A stretch of 64,000 nucleotides of DNA from Bilabrum cf. latius (lineage: Eukaryota): positions 2,666,001 to 2,730,000 of the forward strand of contig OZ237735.1 in the NCBI GenBank assembly GCA_965178125.1, read 5' to 3'. The notes under the pieces are model-generated. The model ran no database searches. It was not told the origin of the DNA and saw only the letters and a list, made by a program, of their open reading frames with translations. This document shows, one piece after another, positions 61,001 to 64,000 of the stretch. The position numbers were made by a program, and so were the translations under genes. The number at the start of each line of letters is the position of its first letter. Position 1 is the stretch's first letter.

Positions 61001-64000
61001 CTATCCTCTGCTCTAGTCCTCGTCCTCGTCCTCGTCGGACTACTCGTCAGGGTCGTAGTCGCTGCTGTCTCCCTCCCCGCCTTCATCCAGCATGGCTCGC
61101 ACCTTGTCAGACACCGGTAATGCCCCCGGCCTCATTGATGGAGACATGCTCCCAGCTAGTCCCAGCAAAGCTCTCGCGGCATCTGGCTCATCGAGACTCG
61201 CACCCCTTGCCTTGGATCCCCCCTTCGCGACCCCAGCAGCCCCAGCCCCAGCCCCAGCCCTGCCTGCAGCAGTCCCGCCCGATCCACCGCTCGCCGCTGC
61301 GCTCCGCTGCCTGGCCATCTTGGCTGCCAGCAAGGCCGCCTCCCTGGCCCTGCGCTGGGACTGCTCCTCCCGCTCTCGCTGCTCCCGGTCCTCGTCTTTC
61401 TCCCTTGTGCCGTGATTCGGCCCACCGCGACCCCTTTCAGTCCGTCGGCGCTTGCGCTCGTTCGCCTCCTGTCGGGAGGAGGAGACACCTGGCAGCAGCG
61501 TGTAGATGTCCCGCAGATGATCAGGCAGCCGCACCGGGCGGGGCATCGGCACTGCTTGGCCCCGGGGTGCTCCAACGCTCGCCAGCGCCTTGGCCAACGA
61601 ATGAAGGTGCGCGGGGAGCCGGGTGTCTTCTGCAGAGAGGGAGGCCTCGCGGGGCAGCTTGCCTGCCACGTCATGTAGCCCTTCGCTTGCATCGGACTCC
61701 TCCTCGGTTCCGTCACCGTCCACGTCGAATCCAGATCCGCCTGCCACTGCGTCTGCCGCCGTGGCCAGCTTCTCCAGCTCGCCCACCATCTTGGACGCTT
61801 CAACCGCCACGCTCACACCGACAGGAGAGCGGCTGCATGCACCCATCACCATCAGAGTGCCCAGCAGCTGAGAGGCCGCCTAGGACTGGTACCTGAGCCT
61901 CTCCTCCTGATCCCTGCACATGAAGCGAAAGCTGCGGCCTCGCACTAGGCCCATCCCAGCCACGGGGGGCCCACCGCCCATCGCAGCCGCGGCAGCGGTT
62001 GCCACTCGCAGCTCGTGCTGCCTCGAAGCCGCCAGCTCTCGGGAGGGCCCGCCCAGCATTGGGACGGCCCCTGCCCGCATGCGATTGGCGGCCCCTGCGC
62101 CATGCATGGACCCAGGCAGGGAGGGGGGGACGTGGGGTACATGCATGGCCCCAGGTCCTGGTGGCACGCTCGGTGCGTACTGCCTCTGCATAGAGCGCTG
62201 GTGCTGCTGGCCCGTGCCCCCGCCGGTATGTGCGCGCAGCTCGGGGGGAAGCGGCGGAAACCCACCCACCCCTGGCTGGTTGTCCATCGGAGCTGCGTGC
62301 ACGGCCGGGCCGCCACTGCCTGGATAGCCAGCCTATAGCCGGGCTGCGTCTGCCAGAGCCCCTGCTGCCGCCGCCGCCCCTGGGCCACCGCTCGACACTG
62401 CAGCTCGCAGTGCCGCCTCATCCGCCTCCCTGCTGGCGCGCTGCGCCTCCATGCCGGACTGCCGTCCCACCCGCTCGATGACCGCCGCGAGATCGATCAG
62501 CTGCGACCCGGTGCTGCCCGGCATGCGCCCTGTCCCCTGTACACGAGGCACCAACCCTGCCCCGTCCTCGTCCTCTCTAGACTGGAACCTCACAGTGCGC
62601 ACCGCTTGCCCCGCTTCTGCTGTCTCCCGGCTGACCCCGAGCTGGCCCTCCGGCACCGGCACCCCGTATTTGGCCCGCAGCAGCTCTGAGAGGTCCTGCT
62701 GGATCCGCTGCAGCAGGACACCCGTGCTAGCGGCGCGCTGTGCCTCCTCTCGCGCGGATTGAAGGTGGGCCTGGGCCTGCAGCCTGGCCATGCCCGTTCC
62801 CGTGCCGCGTGCAGAGCCGGGTGCAGACAGCGGGGCGTACCCGGCAGGAAGCGCGGCACCGCCAGCGTCACGTGGCTGCGGGGCTCTCCGCTTGGATGCA
62901 GCTTGTGCTGCTGCGGCGGCGGCTGCAGCTGCGGCTGCCGCAGCCGCCGCTGCCGCAGCTGCCGGATCGGAACTGCTTGATCCAGCGCGAGTGCCAGCAC
63001 CACTGAGCTGAGTGCTTCCTGTTTTGCCACTCCTGCCAGCAGTGGCCCCGACAGCAGCACCCCTGCCTCGCCCTTTGCCCCTGCCCCTGCCCCTGCCACG
63101 ACCTCGGCCACGCCCCCTGCCCCTGCTCCTGGTCGCACCGCCGGCTTGCTGACTGCGAGTCCTCGCCGCTCCCCGGCCTCTTCCTCTGCTTCGCACGGCA
63201 GGCGCCCTCCTCCTGGCCCCCAGCAGGTCCTTGATTGCCTCCTCGTCAGAGTCATCCTCCACGGAGGACTCCTTCTGCTCCTCGTCCTCGTCCTCATCGT
63301 CCTCGTCCACATCCTCCTGCCCGCTGGCCTCGTACTCGTCCTCGTCGTCCGCCTGGCTGCCCCCGTCCCCCCATAGATCACCAAGCACGCTACCAGCCAC
63401 AGAGGCGCCCCCGCCCCCGTATGTCCCATGCATCCCACCAGCACCAGCACGCAGTGCACCCGCAGCCAGGAGAGTTTGCTCCGGAGGCACAACCTGCTGC
63501 TGGGCCTCCTGCAGCAGGCCCTCCACCTCTGACCTGGGCACGCGGATGCGAGACGGGTCCCTCATCCAGCCCTCCGAGTCCCCGCCCCTGCTGCCGATGG
63601 TCCCGCTTGCGGCCCCCGTGGTACTTGCGCCGTCGGACCCTGCTCGCCGCCTGTGCTGCTGCTACTGCAGCCCGCCCCCGCCCCTGCCCCTGCCCCTGCC
63701 CCTGCCGCTCGCCCCCTCATCGCCATCACCGTCCTCCTCCGCATCGCTAAGCCGGAAATCAGAGTCCACGTCGGGCCTGTCCTCATCCGTGAGCCACGAG
63801 AGGAGGCTGTTCAGGTCATCGTCGTCCCCTCGCCGCCGAGGGATCCGCAGCGAGGGCGCAAGGGACGGGGCCAGGGAGCCAGCCACGGAGGCGCGGCCGG
63901 TGGGAGAGCCCGTCCCGGCATCTCGTAGACTACCATGCATGCCTTGCCGTGGCTGCATTGCGTTTCTATCTGCCTCATCTTCCCTCATGCGCCGCAGGAA
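58015..64000 (-). CDS. GON4L/YY1AP1/DUO3-like nuclear protein, 5' partial (>1860 aa); exons >64000-60095, 59967-59663, 59389-58015
   Basis: Acidic N-terminal part; WMRDPSRIRVPRSEVEGLLQE; EERLRYQS[TAG]AASQLLGTL; ELVLAALAVNRFG..FLLPSFTPGEIYQR; EMLLAALRAFHGDVWAATAHVSPHR. These recall the conserved blocks and Myb/homeodomain-like repeats of GON4L and DUO3. Introns 60094-59968 and 59662-59390 are GTGAGT..CGCAG. About 12 in-frame TAGs; the gene ends on TGA. Confidence 0.55.
59498..59655. repeat. Intronic 39-bp minisatellite x4
   Basis: Identical units gcagagtcaacggcatgcatcgccagtagccacggtctg at 59498, 59537, 59576 and 59615, inside predicted intron 59662-59390. Confidence 0.95.

Noticed and set aside
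1-64000. Mass pseudogenisation or sequencing error as the cause of internal stops
   Set aside because: All interruptions are TAG, with no TGA, TAA or frameshifts. Catalytic motifs are intact and an essential gene (RPB7) is affected.
1-64000. Suppressor tRNA-Gln(CUA), eRF1 or other RNA genes within the window
   Set aside because: No cloverleaf, T-loop/B-box pattern or release-factor motif was recognised by eye. A tRNAscan-SE or Infernal run is needed to exclude them.

Overview
This is a gene-dense, GC-rich window of a eukaryotic nuclear genome (GT-AG introns of about 84-273 nt, intergenic gaps mostly 90-520 nt). Long Ala/Ser/Gly-rich protein insertions suggest a heterotrophic protist; a bicosoecid or Cafeteria-like stramenopile is a guess from style only. 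The supplied standard-code ORF track is misleading because TAG is not a stop codon here. Roughly 110-120 in-frame TAG codons (manual count) interrupt otherwise intact genes, and several fall on conserved Gln positions or inside CAG runs. I found no in-frame TAA or TGA in any spliced gene model. The 13 genes with a visible end finish on TGA (12) or TAA (1), never TAG. This points to a nuclear code with UAG=Gln and UAA/UGA=stop (NCBI table 15-like), which uncouples UAG from UAA. Re-read this way, the window holds: a CAP-Gly/coiled-coil protein (partial), POT1, an SLC25A38-like carrier, proteasome beta-6 (PSMB1), RPB7, an ~8,715-aa BLTP1/KIAA1109/Csf1 gene with one 25.9-kb exon, a GH36 alpha-galactosidase head-to-head with an SLC5/SSS sugar symporter, a FANCF-like protein, a NIMA/NEK2-like kinase, cathepsin Z, an L-rhamnonate dehydratase-family enzyme, a LOG-family protein and a GON4L/DUO3-like protein (partial). 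There are also four tandem repeats and a perfect 34-bp inverted repeat. No tRNA, rRNA, CRISPR array or transposase was recognised. All family assignments come from recalled motifs, not database searches.
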